Below, in pieces: positions 40,370 to 50,163 of a stretch of 64,000 nucleotides of DNA. The stretch's first letter is position 1. Each line of letters opens with the position of its first letter. Both the position numbers and the translations under genes were made by a program. The notes beneath the pieces are model-generated. The model saw only the letters and a program-made list of their open reading frames with translations, did not search any database and was not told where the DNA came from. Source of the DNA: a virus (taxonomy: Duplodnaviria; Caudoviricetes); IMG/VR virus record IMGVR_UViG_3300037851_000103, positions 20,104 to 84,103 of that record; one strand, 5' to 3'.

Positions 40370-43300
40370 ATGCCTTGTGAATGCTCTGTTGCAACTATTT
40401 TAGGTTATTTAAATGCAACTTTGGATAATTTTAATACAATTAAAGATTCTATAATAACAAATTGTCCAACCTGGGCAACGGATTATGATTCTGGAACTGC
40501 GCTATGGAATGCAAAACAATTTGATCTTGGTACGGGGCAACCATCACCATGCACTTTTCAAAAATATGGGCCAAACTGTATTCTTACTGATCATACCAAT
40601 ACCTTTACTTTTTATGAAGCAGCTACTTATAATCCAACAGACCAAATAGATTTAAATTGTGATGATGGTACATGCTCTCATTTACCAGATGCTTTACTTG
40701 TTATAACAGAAGCAATAGAAGCAGTAAATCAATCTATTTGTGAAATATCAGAAGGGGCATTGATAAAACCTGATACTATCAATAGAATTAGAACGGCAAT
40801 TGGAAACGTTGCTGATAATTGTATTGTTAGTACAGCATCATCCCCTGAATGTTATGATAATGGTCAATCTGTTGAAGAATTAGAAAGCCCCGAAGAATGT
40901 TGGACTAAAACAACTTGTTATGACTTATCAATAAAATTTACAACATCTAAAGGGACTAATCCTAATGATTGTGATTGTGATGCGGGTGATTGTGAAGGAG
41001 TATTAGAAGATTGTTCAACGAGAGTAAACAGTGGTGATTATTTTTCCATCAAACATTTTTCGGAATTGGTTTCTGAATCTGGAAAATTAACGGGGAAACA
41101 ATATTGCTGGTGTTGTAATACCGGATCTTCTAGCTCATCTTCAATGTCATCTTCATCTTCAAATTCTTCAAGTTCGTCTAATTCCTCGTCTTCTTCATCA
41201 AAATCATCTTCTAGTTCATCATCTTCAAGATCATCATCCTCAAGTTCATCATCAAAATCATCTAGTTCATCCTCTTCAAGTGGTCCAAGTTCATCATCCT
41301 CAAGTTCTTCTAAATCATCTTCTAGTTCATCATCCTCAAGTTCTTCTAAATCATCTTCTAGTTCATCTTCTTCTGCTGTATCATCTTCTAGTTCCTCTTC
41401 TAGTTCATCATTATCATCGTCATCAAAATCTTCAAGCTCTAGTGCAACTAATTGTTGTATTTATAATGGGCCATATACCGATGTTGTATTATCAACTTTG
41501 GGAGCGGGACCATTTTATTGCGGAACCTCACATGAATTAGACTCTGGATATACAAGTTGTAATACTATTCCCTATCAAGATTATTGGGCGTTAGATATTT
41601 ATAGTGGGTTAATTTCTTCGCATCCATTTTCAATTGATACCGAAAATCCTTCTTGTATTGGGCTATTTAAAGCTGTTGAAATATTTTTTAAACGAGAAGA
41701 TGGTTTGGAAGAAACCATATCCATAACAGAACTAGATTCAAATAATGAGTATGGTTTTATTATGGGACAGTGCCCTAATGGCGATATTCCAACCCCGTCT
41801 GCCTTTATTTACAATAATCCATTATATGCTAAAAAATTAGAAATTACAAGACTTAGATTTTATGTATATGATGGGGTTTCATTTCAACCAGTATGTCAGT
41901 CTTATCAAGACTGTTCGATAATAATAGAATCTACTGAAAACGTATGCAATTCAGAGTATGAAATAGGAATAGAGACTGCTATTTATTGTGATATTTCTGA
42001 TATTCCTGCTTGTTTTAATATATCTTCGTCATCATCATCAAATTCATCGTTATCCTCTAATTCATCTTCGTCATCTTCTAAATCATCTTCTTCTTCCCAT
42101 TCATCATTATCATCTTCTAAATCTTCTAAATCATCATCTTCTTCTAGTAATCATGTAAGTTCTAAATCTCCTACTATGACAATTAAAATTCCAGATAGTA
42201 ATTTGTGTGGAATATGTCCGTCTAATTTATCGTTGACTTTAACTATTTATTATTTAGTCGATAACATATATGTTCCGTGGACTGGAAATATTGAAAGTAA
42301 AGATTGTTTAGGAGTTTATTATTGGGTTGTGCATGAATTAGAAGATTGTACTACCTATAAAATAATATTGGACGGGTCAGTTTCAACAACCCAAGGATGC
42401 GGTGATATCACGTTCCATGGCGAACGGTATGTTCAAGTATTATGTGATTGCCCCACAATGTCATCTTCAAAATCATCAAGTTCTTCAAAATCATCAAGTT
42501 CTTCTAAATCATCATCAAGTTCTTCTAAATCATCTAGATCATCATCTTCATCATCCTCAAGCTCTTCTAAATCATCCTCTAAATCATCATCATCCTCTAA
42601 ATCATCTTCAACCTCATCTAGTTCATCATCAATTTCATCGTCAAAATCATCATCTTCTAGCTCATCTTCAAAATCTTCTAGTTCTTCACGATCATCATCT
42701 AAATCCTCTGCATCATCAAGATCATCTTCAAAATCATCAAGATCATCATCTTCAAAATCTTCAAGTTCTAGCGCAAATTCTTATAATTATTCAACTCCTG
42801 GGGTCTATACATTGGAAGTTCCGTCAGGGGTTTCTAATTTAATAGTTATTACAGTTGGTGGTGGTGGTGGCGGTAACGGATCCTCATATTCCGGTGGTTC
42901 TGGTTACGGTATTGTCGGGAGTGGTGCCGGTGCGGGTGAAATAAATAACTCGTCAACTATTTCAGTAACGCCAAGTCAAGTATTATATATTTATGTTGGG
43001 GCCGGAGGTCTTGGAGGGTGTGCAACCCATAAAGTAACATGTACTCCCCCTGATCCTGGGTTTAAAGAAAAAGGTTATGCGGGTGAAGATACCTATGTTA
43101 GATTGAATGATAGCCCATTTACTGAATTTTGTAGATCTGCTGGCGGAAATGCTGGTTCTTCGCAAACGGTAGGGGGGGTTGGTGGGACTGGAAATGGGGG
43201 GACTGCTGGGGCTAATGGGGGAAATGGATATAATCCATTATCAAGTGGTACTTGGTCGGGGCCATTAGGCGGAACAAATGCCCAATATTCTTCATATGGT

Positions 43301-43393
43301 AAAGGTGGGGATGGGTCATCAATAACAACGGGGACATATGAAGAGGATGGTGAGGATGGAACCGGAGGATATGTAAGTATTCAATTATTTTAA
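40370..43393 (+). CDS. Poly-Ser/Cys-rich virion fibre-like protein with C-terminal glycine-rich domain
   Basis: Three Ser(Lys)-rich tracts separate Cys-rich blocks (about 40 Cys). The C-terminal YSTPGVYTLEVPSGV...VGGGGGG...VYVGAGG...GTGGYVSIQ pattern is typical of phage fibre Gly-rich domains. Confidence 0.7.
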   Translation: MPCECSVATILGYLNATLDNFNTIKDSIITNCPTWATDYDSGTALWNAKQFDLGTGQPSPCTFQKYGPNCILTDHTNTFTFYEAATYNPTDQIDLNCDDGTCSHLPDALLVITEAIEAVNQSICEISEGALIKPDTINRIRTAIGNVADNCIVSTASSPECYDNGQSVEELESPEECWTKTTCYDLSIKFTTSKGTNPNDCDCDAGDCEGVLEDCSTRVNSGDYFSIKHFSELVSESGKLTGKQYCWCCNTGSSSSSSMSSSSSNSSSSSNSSSSSSKSSSSSSSSRSSSSSSSSKSSSSSSSSGPSSSSSSSSKSSSSSSSSSSSKSSSSSSSSAVSSSSSSSSSSLSSSSKSSSSSATNCCIYNGPYTDVVLSTLGAGPFYCGTSHELDSGYTSCNTIPYQDYWALDIYSGLISSHPFSIDTENPSCIGLFKAVEIFFKREDGLEETISITELDSNNEYGFIMGQCPNGDIPTPSAFIYNNPLYAKKLEITRLRFYVYDGVSFQPVCQSYQDCSIIIESTENVCNSEYEIGIETAIYCDISDIPACFNISSSSSSNSSLSSNSSSSSSKSSSSSHSSLSSSKSSKSSSSSSNHVSSKSPTMTIKIPDSNLCGICPSNLSLTLTIYYLVDNIYVPWTGNIESKDCLGVYYWVVHELEDCTTYKIILDGSVSTTQGCGDITFHGERYVQVLCDCPTMSSSKSSSSSKSSSSSKSSSSSSKSSRSSSSSSSSSSKSSSKSSSSSKSSSTSSSSSSISSSKSSSSSSSSKSSSSSRSSSKSSASSRSSSKSSRSSSSKSSSSSANSYNYSTPGVYTLEVPSGVSNLIVITVGGGGGGNGSSYSGGSGYGIVGSGAGAGEINNSSTISVTPSQVLYIYVGAGGLGGCATHKVTCTPPDPGFKEKGYAGEDTYVRLNDSPFTEFCRSAGGNAGSSQTVGGVGGTGNGGTAGANGGNGYNPLSSGTWSGPLGGTNAQYSSYGKGGDGSSITTGTYEEDGEDGTGGYVSIQLF
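41288..41359 (+). repeat. Perfect 36-bp tandem duplication encoding S8-K-S3
   Basis: AGTTCATCATCCTCAAGTTCTTCTAAATCATCTTCT occurs twice in tandem. Confidence 0.9.
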
Positions 43394-43407
43394 TTTTTTT
43401 CATAATT

Positions 43408-43416
43408 TGCTATAAT
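43408..43416 (+). promoter_or_regulatory. Extended -10 promoter (TGcTATAAT), probably giving a leaderless mRNA
   Basis: 6 nt between TATAAT and ATG 43423; no SD. Confidence 0.55.
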
Positions 43417-43422
43417 TTAATT

Positions 43423-44379
43423 ATGAGAAAAGTAATTTTGAAAAATCATCAAAGTCCTGGTGATTTAGTAATGTTGTCTGCTTTGGTAAGAGATATTCAA
43501 AAATGTTGCCCTGGACAATATCAAGTTGATTTAGATGTAACATGTAAAGAAATTTTTGAAAATAATCCATATATTACTAAATTAAATCCAAAAGATCCAG
43601 ATATTATAAAAATAAATGCAGATTATAATTTAATTCATGATAGCAATAGACGCCCATTTCATTTTATTCATGGATTTATTCAAGATTTTAATGAAAAAAT
43701 GGATGAAAAGATATATCCAACTGAATTTAAGGGTGATATTCATTTATCTGGTGATGAAAAAGTATGGTATTCACAAGTTTACGAATTAATTGGAAAAGAT
43801 GTTCCCTATTGGATTGTTGTATCTGGTGGGAAACATGATTATACTGCTAAATGGTGGAATCATAATAAATTGCAACAAGTAATTAATTATTTTAAAGATA
43901 AAATAACATTTGTTCAAGTAGGAGAAAAAGAACATCATCATCCTATATTAGAAAATTCTATTAATTTAATAGGAAAAACCGATTTGAGACAATTAATACG
44001 GTTGATTTATCATTCGTATGGAATTGTTTGTCCAGTTACATCATTAATGCATTTTTCCGCCGCCATAGAAAATAAATTTGATAAAGATAGGATTAGACCC
44101 TGTGTGGTTATTGCTGGTGGTCGTGAAGGATCACATTGGGAGCAATATCCTGGGCATGCTTTTTTAGATACAATTGGAAGATTAAAATGTTGTAAAAATG
44201 GAGGATGTTGGAAATCAAAAATTGGAAATTTAGATAAATCTAATCATATAAAAGGACAGAGTTATTGTGAAAATCCCGTAGTTTCAAAAGGTAATATTAT
44301 TATTCCTAAATGTTTAGATATGATTACCGAATTTGATGTAATTCATGCTATAAATAATTTTTTGGAATATGACAAATGA
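43423..44379 (+). CDS. GT9-family ADP-heptose-dependent heptosyltransferase with C-terminal Cys cluster
   Basis: SPGDLVMLSALVRDI, FENNPYI, NLIGKTDLRQLIRLI...VTSLMHFSAA; C-terminal CCKNGGCW...YC...KCLDMIT. Confidence 0.8.
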   Translation: MRKVILKNHQSPGDLVMLSALVRDIQKCCPGQYQVDLDVTCKEIFENNPYITKLNPKDPDIIKINADYNLIHDSNRRPFHFIHGFIQDFNEKMDEKIYPTEFKGDIHLSGDEKVWYSQVYELIGKDVPYWIVVSGGKHDYTAKWWNHNKLQQVINYFKDKITFVQVGEKEHHHPILENSINLIGKTDLRQLIRLIYHSYGIVCPVTSLMHFSAAIENKFDKDRIRPCVVIAGGREGSHWEQYPGHAFLDTIGRLKCCKNGGCWKSKIGNLDKSNHIKGQSYCENPVVSKGNIIIPKCLDMITEFDVIHAINNFLEYDK

Positions 44380-45413
44380 AAATTGGAATCTTTTCTAAAT
44401 TTCAAATGGCTGGGGGGTCTGAATTTAGAAGTATTGAATTATGTAATGGTATTAACAATTTTTCTTCCCATGATTGTATATTATTAGTTGATTCTTCTAA
44501 ATTAAAACCAGAATTATTAAATAATATTAATCATAAAGATAAAATTATATATAATTGTTTTGATAATAAGGAAGAAATATATAATTGTGATTGTTTAATA
44601 ATAATTAATACAGACAGTAAAGAATTTTCAAAAATATCATATTGGAAGAATAAAAAGATTGATATATCAAGGCTTAAGAAAATGGTTTTTATTTATAATT
44701 TTATTATAAGTCCTTCTGAGAATTTACATGAATTTGAAAAATATAATGTTGATATTAGGATATGCGCCGGGAATCAAAGATTTTTAAATGAATTAACAAA
44801 TAAAGACAAATTAAAAAAAGTTAAACATTTACCAAGAATTGTATTAGAATCTCCCATTAATAAAGATACTATATATCAATTTAAAACACCGTCAGATAAA
44901 ATTCGTATAGGAAAACATTCAAAACCATTTGGTGATAAATGGAATGATGAGCATTATGATTTAATAAAAATGATTAATGATAAATATGAAGATAGAATTA
45001 TTTGGGATTTTATGGGGACTAATAAAGAATTTAACGAATCATTAAAATCATTTAAAAATGTTATATTGAGAGAACAATTTACATTACCTGTAAGTGTTTA
45101 TTTAATGAATCTTGATATATTTTTGTTTTATCCAAAGTGGAATAGGCAGGAATGTTGGGCGCGGTCTGTGGCAGAGGGATTATTATCAGGTTGTCCTGTA
45201 TTAGCAACAGATGTTGATGGTGGAAATAGAATGCAGATAGTTGATGGTAGTAATGGATATTTATGTAAGAATTTAGATATGTTTTATGAAAAATTAGAAT
45301 TTTTGATAAATAATAAACATATGATTGACAAATTAGGAAAGAATGCTAAATTATATGGAGAATATTTTACTACCGAATATATAATAGATAAACTTATGAG
45401 GTTTATAAAATGA
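44376..45413 (+). CDS. Glycosyltransferase family 4 (GT-B)
   Basis: GGSEFR N-terminus; ECWARSVAEGLLSGCPVLATDVDGG (E-x7-E) and IVDGSNGYL. Confidence 0.85.
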   Translation: MKIGIFSKFQMAGGSEFRSIELCNGINNFSSHDCILLVDSSKLKPELLNNINHKDKIIYNCFDNKEEIYNCDCLIIINTDSKEFSKISYWKNKKIDISRLKKMVFIYNFIISPSENLHEFEKYNVDIRICAGNQRFLNELTNKDKLKKVKHLPRIVLESPINKDTIYQFKTPSDKIRIGKHSKPFGDKWNDEHYDLIKMINDKYEDRIIWDFMGTNKEFNESLKSFKNVILREQFTLPVSVYLMNLDIFLFYPKWNRQECWARSVAEGLLSGCPVLATDVDGGNRMQIVDGSNGYLCKNLDMFYEKLEFLINNKHMIDKLGKNAKLYGEYFTTEYIIDKLMRFIK

Positions 45414-46216
45414 AATTGTGGGATGAATATAAATGGAATATATGGGATCCTATAAAGGAACCATTACCTGGAGAAATTAAAGATTATAAAAAAATAACAA
45501 TTTGTACTACTTGTATGAATAGAACTTATGATTTGAAAAGCACTTATATAAAGAATTTAGAAATATGTAAAAAATATCCAAATATTGATTGTGTATTATT
45601 AAATTATAACTCCAAAGATGATTTAGATGATTTTGTCCAAAATGAATTACAATCATATATTGATTCTGGATTATTAAATTATTATAAAACTACGGAACCC
45701 GAATTCTATGAAATGGGGCATTCGAGAAATATTGCATTTAAATTAGGTAACGGTGATATTGTTAATAATATAGATGCTGATAATTATTTACAAGATTATT
45801 ACATTAAAATTATTAATTTATTAGCACAAAATAATAATGATAATACGATATTTGTAAAAGGCAAAAGAATGATGCATGGGGTTTTAGGTATTTATAAATC
45901 TAAATTTTTAGAACTTGGTGGATATGATGAAGATTTATCTGGTTATGGTTACGATGATCATGATTTAGTAAATAGATTTATGGCATTAGGTGGTAAAATG
46001 ATGTGGTGGTGTAATTTATTACCTATTAATAGAATTAAAACAAAAAGAGAAGAAAAGTCTAAAAATATGAAAATAAAAGATTGGAAAATATCAGAAGATA
46101 AAAATAAAGAAATTTCTTTAACAAAATTAAAAAATAAAGAATTTATTGCCAATAAAAATAAATCATGGGGTGTAGCAACATTATTAAAAAATTTCAAGGA
46201 AACTATTCATGTATAA
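45410..46216 (+). CDS. Glycosyltransferase family 2 (GT-A)
   Basis: ITICTTCMNR, SRNIAFKLGNGDIVNNIDAD (DxD), GGYDEDLSGYGYDDHDL. Confidence 0.85.
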   Translation: MKLWDEYKWNIWDPIKEPLPGEIKDYKKITICTTCMNRTYDLKSTYIKNLEICKKYPNIDCVLLNYNSKDDLDDFVQNELQSYIDSGLLNYYKTTEPEFYEMGHSRNIAFKLGNGDIVNNIDADNYLQDYYIKIINLLAQNNNDNTIFVKGKRMMHGVLGIYKSKFLELGGYDEDLSGYGYDDHDLVNRFMALGGKMMWWCNLLPINRIKTKREEKSKNMKIKDWKISEDKNKEISLTKLKNKEFIANKNKSWGVATLLKNFKETIHV

Positions 46217-47015
46217 TGTAATTGTAGCCAATTATAATAAAGATAAATCTAATTCAGTTAAAAAATATTCTTTGAAAACTTTAGAATTAGATTTAAAAGC
46301 TCAAATAGATAATAGTTTACAATTGGGATGGGATGTTACTAATTTTTTGGTTTTAACAAATTTTGATTTTGAATATTTAAATATTAAATCTACTCAAATT
46401 AATTTAAACAAAAATTGTTTAACGGGTAGTAAATTATTTGCCATGAGAGAAATATTTAAATTAAACATGGTGGACGATAATATTTGGATACACGATTTGG
46501 ATGCATGGCAAAATGATGTGTTTGAATTTCCTGATATTGAATATTGTGGGTTGTGTGAGTATAGCAAACCTAAATTTAATGGGGGTAGTATGTTTTATAC
46601 CCCAAAAGCAAAAAATATAATTTTTGCGTTATGTGAATATTTAGAAAAAAATAATCAAGCCAGAGAAGAACCAACTTTAGATAAAATATTAAGAAATGAA
46701 TTTAAAAAAGAAACCGTTATTTTAAATAGTTCTTATAATGTAGGGTGTTCTGGATTTAAAAAACGATATGATAAAGCCATAAAACCTATAAAAGTTATTC
46801 ATGGCCATTTAGGAAATAATAGATTGTCATGGGATACTCATGTAAGAGGTAGAAATGGTCCTGAATATGTTTCTTGTTCAGACAGATTAAAGAAATTAAT
46901 TATAAATTATTATGATGACAAAATTAAAACTTTTAAATATGAAGACGATATTGGGCCATATGAAAAACGAATAAAAGAAGTTGATAGAATCTTAGCAAAA
47001 AGGATGAGGCTATGA
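46209..47015 (+). CDS. Putative nucleotide-diphospho-sugar transferase (GT-A-like)
   Basis: IWIHDLDAWQ (DxD), FNGGSMFY, EEPTL, YNVG, VIHGH. Confidence 0.6.
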   Translation: MYNVIVANYNKDKSNSVKKYSLKTLELDLKAQIDNSLQLGWDVTNFLVLTNFDFEYLNIKSTQINLNKNCLTGSKLFAMREIFKLNMVDDNIWIHDLDAWQNDVFEFPDIEYCGLCEYSKPKFNGGSMFYTPKAKNIIFALCEYLEKNNQAREEPTLDKILRNEFKKETVILNSSYNVGCSGFKKRYDKAIKPIKVIHGHLGNNRLSWDTHVRGRNGPEYVSCSDRLKKLIINYYDDKIKTFKYEDDIGPYEKRIKEVDRILAKRMRL

Positions 47016-47692
47016 AATTAAAAAATATTGAATTGGTGGATGAATTTAAAAAAATAATTGATGAAAAATTAATTAATGAAGATTTTTTAACTAATTTTAT
47101 ATTTTATAAGGTTGGGTTATCATTAAATGTCAAAGCATTAAAAATTAATGATAAGAAAATCACTGAATGTTGGAATGGGTTGTGTTGTAGTCAATATCCA
47201 AATGAATTAGCTAAATTTTTAATTTGGATATATAACAATAAATTAACTATTAATTCATATTGTGAAGTGGGAATTAATAGAGGCGGTACATTTTTTGTAA
47301 TTGATAGCTTTTTGCGAGCATGCAATCCAAATTATAATTATGGATTAGCAATTGATGTTATGGATAAAGTTGTAAGAAAACATAATTTTATGGATTATCA
47401 AAATAAATATAAAAATTGTTATTTTATACAAATGGATTCTAAAAAATTTGAAACTACTAGAAATTTTGATTTAGTATTTATAGACGGCGATCATTCTTAT
47501 GCTGGTGTAAAAGGGGATTATGAAATATTTAAACCAATTAGTAAATATACTGCTTTTCATGATATTAAATGGTTAGGGTGTGACGTTCCTAAATTCTGGG
47601 GAGAATTGACAGGTGATAAAAAAGAATTTTTAAATACTGATTTTAAAAGATTCCCAATTACTATTGGTATTGGACTTATTAAAAATGCATAA
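47012..47692 (+). CDS. Class I SAM-dependent methyltransferase (Methyltransf_24-like)
   Basis: YCEVGINRGGT, FDLVFIDGDHSY.GVK.DY, AFHDI. Confidence 0.85.
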   Translation: MKLKNIELVDEFKKIIDEKLINEDFLTNFIFYKVGLSLNVKALKINDKKITECWNGLCCSQYPNELAKFLIWIYNNKLTINSYCEVGINRGGTFFVIDSFLRACNPNYNYGLAIDVMDKVVRKHNFMDYQNKYKNCYFIQMDSKKFETTRNFDLVFIDGDHSYAGVKGDYEIFKPISKYTAFHDIKWLGCDVPKFWGELTGDKKEFLNTDFKRFPITIGIGLIKNA

Positions 47693-48383
47693 AATATATT
47701 CTCCAAGAGAAACACATCTTGGGGGGACATTAAATGATTTAAATTATTATATTCATTTAGCTAAACAAGAAAATATTACTGTTAATCTATCTAATCATTA
47801 TATTAAAGGAAAATCAAAAAAATATCCATGGGCACAAAAAGAATTGTTAGAATTATTAATTGATAAAAATTTAATTAATATTACAGAAAACGATCCAACT
47901 GAACCATATAAAAAATGGAATGATTGTTTTATAGAATTGCCGTTTTGCAAATCAAAATATTCTTGGAAAAACAATTCTAAAATTATTGCGTATCAATTTG
48001 ATGGGAAAACCCATAAATGTAAGAATTTTCCTTCTACAAATATAGAAAATCTTATTTTAGATCATATTAAATTTTATGGATATGAACCAATACGATTAGG
48101 AAATCATTTAACATTAAATGCTTGTTCTCAAATATTGAGCAATTGTTTATGTTTAGTTTGTATAGATAGTGGTTTTGGGTGGTTAGCTAAGACTATTGGG
48201 ACACCTATATTTTTTACTAAGAATTGTTTTCCTGAAAAAATATTTCATGAATATCATGATAATTCCCATTTTCATTTAAGTGATAATTATATTGATCTTA
48301 TAAATAATTTACGATCTTTATTCTATTATGGATTTGATTATTATAAAAATAATTGCTTTAATAAACAATGGATAGATGATTAA
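47685..48383 (+). CDS. Putative GT9/GT-B-like glycosyltransferase
   Basis: HLGG N-terminus, AYQFDG, LNACSQILSNCLCLVCIDSGFGWLA (DSG motif). Start set at MHKIY, which overlaps the upstream stop. Confidence 0.55.
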   Translation: MHKIYSPRETHLGGTLNDLNYYIHLAKQENITVNLSNHYIKGKSKKYPWAQKELLELLIDKNLINITENDPTEPYKKWNDCFIELPFCKSKYSWKNNSKIIAYQFDGKTHKCKNFPSTNIENLILDHIKFYGYEPIRLGNHLTLNACSQILSNCLCLVCIDSGFGWLAKTIGTPIFFTKNCFPEKIFHEYHDNSHFHLSDNYIDLINNLRSLFYYGFDYYKNNCFNKQWIDD

Positions 48384-49290
48384 AGAGAAACTTATGATAA
48401 ACGTTGACTATGAATATGAAATTGGACGAATAAAAAACAACAATTTTATTGAATATGGAAAAATCTGTTTTAATAAAGATGGTTCTATTACTAAAAAATT
48501 TGGAAATAAATGGTTTTCTGATAATCATTTTGTAACATGGAAATTGAGAAATTTTCAGTTGTACATTTTAGACAATGATAAAAACATTACGTTTATTATT
48601 GATATAAATTACGGATATATTTTATTAGGAAAATATTTAAATTTAAATCAAAAAATTTATTTAATAATAAATAATTCATTTCTTGAAAAATATAATATTT
48701 TTTATAAAAAAATTATTCGTGAAATTATATTTAATAATTCATATGGATTATTATCTGGAATGAATTTTTATCCTGATTATATAATAGATATTGGAGCAAA
48801 TATTGGTATTTTTACTTTGTTGGCCTCTTATATATTTCCAAATTCAACTATTATAGCGATTGAACCAGAATTGAATAATTTTGTTCAACTAAAAAACCAT
48901 TGTGTTTCATGGAATATTAAATGTGAAAATAAGTTATTATATAATAAAGATAACGAATTATTAAATTTAAATTTAAACAGAGGTCAAAATTTAGGTGGCC
49001 ACAAATTATCTACCAACATTGGACCCATACAAACAATTACATGGAGGACGTTACTTAATAAATATAATATCACAGAAAAATCATCAATATTATTAAAATT
49101 TGACTGTGAAGGGTGTGAACAATATTTTATAGAACTATTATCTGAGTATTCTAATATAAAATATATATGCGGGGAAATTCATTATAATTTTAATGATAAC
49201 ATTAAAAAATCAACCAATGCATTCTCTAAATATTTTGATATCAGTAAATTTAAAAAAGAAAAAACATTTAATTTTATTTGGACTGATTAA
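48376..49290 (+). CDS. FkbM-family methyltransferase with N-terminal extension
   Basis: IIDIGANIGIFT, IAIEPELNNF, LLKFDCEGCE. Confidence 0.85.
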   Translation: MIKEKLMINVDYEYEIGRIKNNNFIEYGKICFNKDGSITKKFGNKWFSDNHFVTWKLRNFQLYILDNDKNITFIIDINYGYILLGKYLNLNQKIYLIINNSFLEKYNIFYKKIIREIIFNNSYGLLSGMNFYPDYIIDIGANIGIFTLLASYIFPNSTIIAIEPELNNFVQLKNHCVSWNIKCENKLLYNKDNELLNLNLNRGQNLGGHKLSTNIGPIQTITWRTLLNKYNITEKSSILLKFDCEGCEQYFIELLSEYSNIKYICGEIHYNFNDNIKKSTNAFSKYFDISKFKKEKTFNFIWTD

Positions 49291-49293
49291 TAA

Positions 49294-50136
49294 ATGTTAT
49301 ATAATAAAAAAAATGGATTTCCTAATGTAAGAATATATCCGAAAACTAATGGAGTAATTCATCCCTATCTGGCACCAAAAAAACTTGCTTTATGCTATTC
49401 TGGCATTCCAAGAGATTGTTTTAAAACATATTATAATCATATCATGTATTTTACTAAATGGTTCGAAAATTATGATATTGATATTTTCTTTCATTTTTGG
49501 TATAAAGATAGCAATGAAAACAGTAGTGACCCAGCAATGAGTTTTAAAGGTGTTCACTATTCAAAATTTTATAATTGGAATAATTTAGGAAGCAAACAAG
49601 AAATATTAGATTTATATCGCCCCAAATTATATAATTTTGAACAACCTATTTGTTTTGATACCAAGTTAATCAAAACTAGACGTATTTTAACTAATAATGT
49701 TTATTCGATGTTTAATAGTATTTTGAAATGTAATGAATTAAAAACCCAATATGAAAATAAATATAATTTTATATATGATACTGTTATTAGAATAAGAACT
49801 GATTTAATTTGCCTGGATACGAATATACAATATCCAATTAATAATGAATTATATACATTCAAAAAATATAGTAAATTTAAAACCCATGATACTTTTGCTA
49901 TTGGCGATTCAAAAAATATGAATATTTATTCAGAAATGTTTAATAATTTAGAATATATACAAACTAAATATAAATGCAATTCTATCCCTGAGACTTTATT
50001 ATATTTTTGGTTGGCTGAAAATAAAGTGAAAAATAATCAAATATTAAGATACTTTCCTTTGTATAGAATGTATATTGACCCGATTAAATCAATATTTAGA
50101 AAGCCATATTCTGTAAATGAATTGGGAGTATTATAA
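49294..50136 (+). CDS. Putative glycosyltransferase-like protein of viral glycan clusters
   Basis: LALCYSG.PR, IDIFFHFW, YDTVIRIRTDL, DTFAIG...M.IYS, PETLL. Confidence 0.5.
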   Translation: MLYNKKNGFPNVRIYPKTNGVIHPYLAPKKLALCYSGIPRDCFKTYYNHIMYFTKWFENYDIDIFFHFWYKDSNENSSDPAMSFKGVHYSKFYNWNNLGSKQEILDLYRPKLYNFEQPICFDTKLIKTRRILTNNVYSMFNSILKCNELKTQYENKYNFIYDTVIRIRTDLICLDTNIQYPINNELYTFKKYSKFKTHDTFAIGDSKNMNIYSEMFNNLEYIQTKYKCNSIPETLLYFWLAENKVKNNQILRYFPLYRMYIDPIKSIFRKPYSVNELGVL

Positions 50137-50148
50137 ATTATTATAAAC

Positions 50149-50157
50149 TGATATAAT
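50149..50157 (+). promoter_or_regulatory. Extended -10 promoter (TGaTATAAT), probably giving a leaderless mRNA
   Basis: 6 nt between TATAAT and ATG 50164; no SD. Confidence 0.55.
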
Positions 50158-50163
50158 ATTATA

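Noticed and set aside
41120-42775. CRISPR array or non-coding tandem repeat
   Set aside because: The repeats are in-frame Ser codons with no constant repeat/unique spacer structure, and no cas genes are present.
41280-42842. His/Gln/Leu-rich ORFs 41280-41540 and 42402-42842
   Set aside because: These are off-frame shadows of the poly-Ser codons (TCA/TCT read as CAT/CTT); they have no SD and lie wholly inside ORF 40370.
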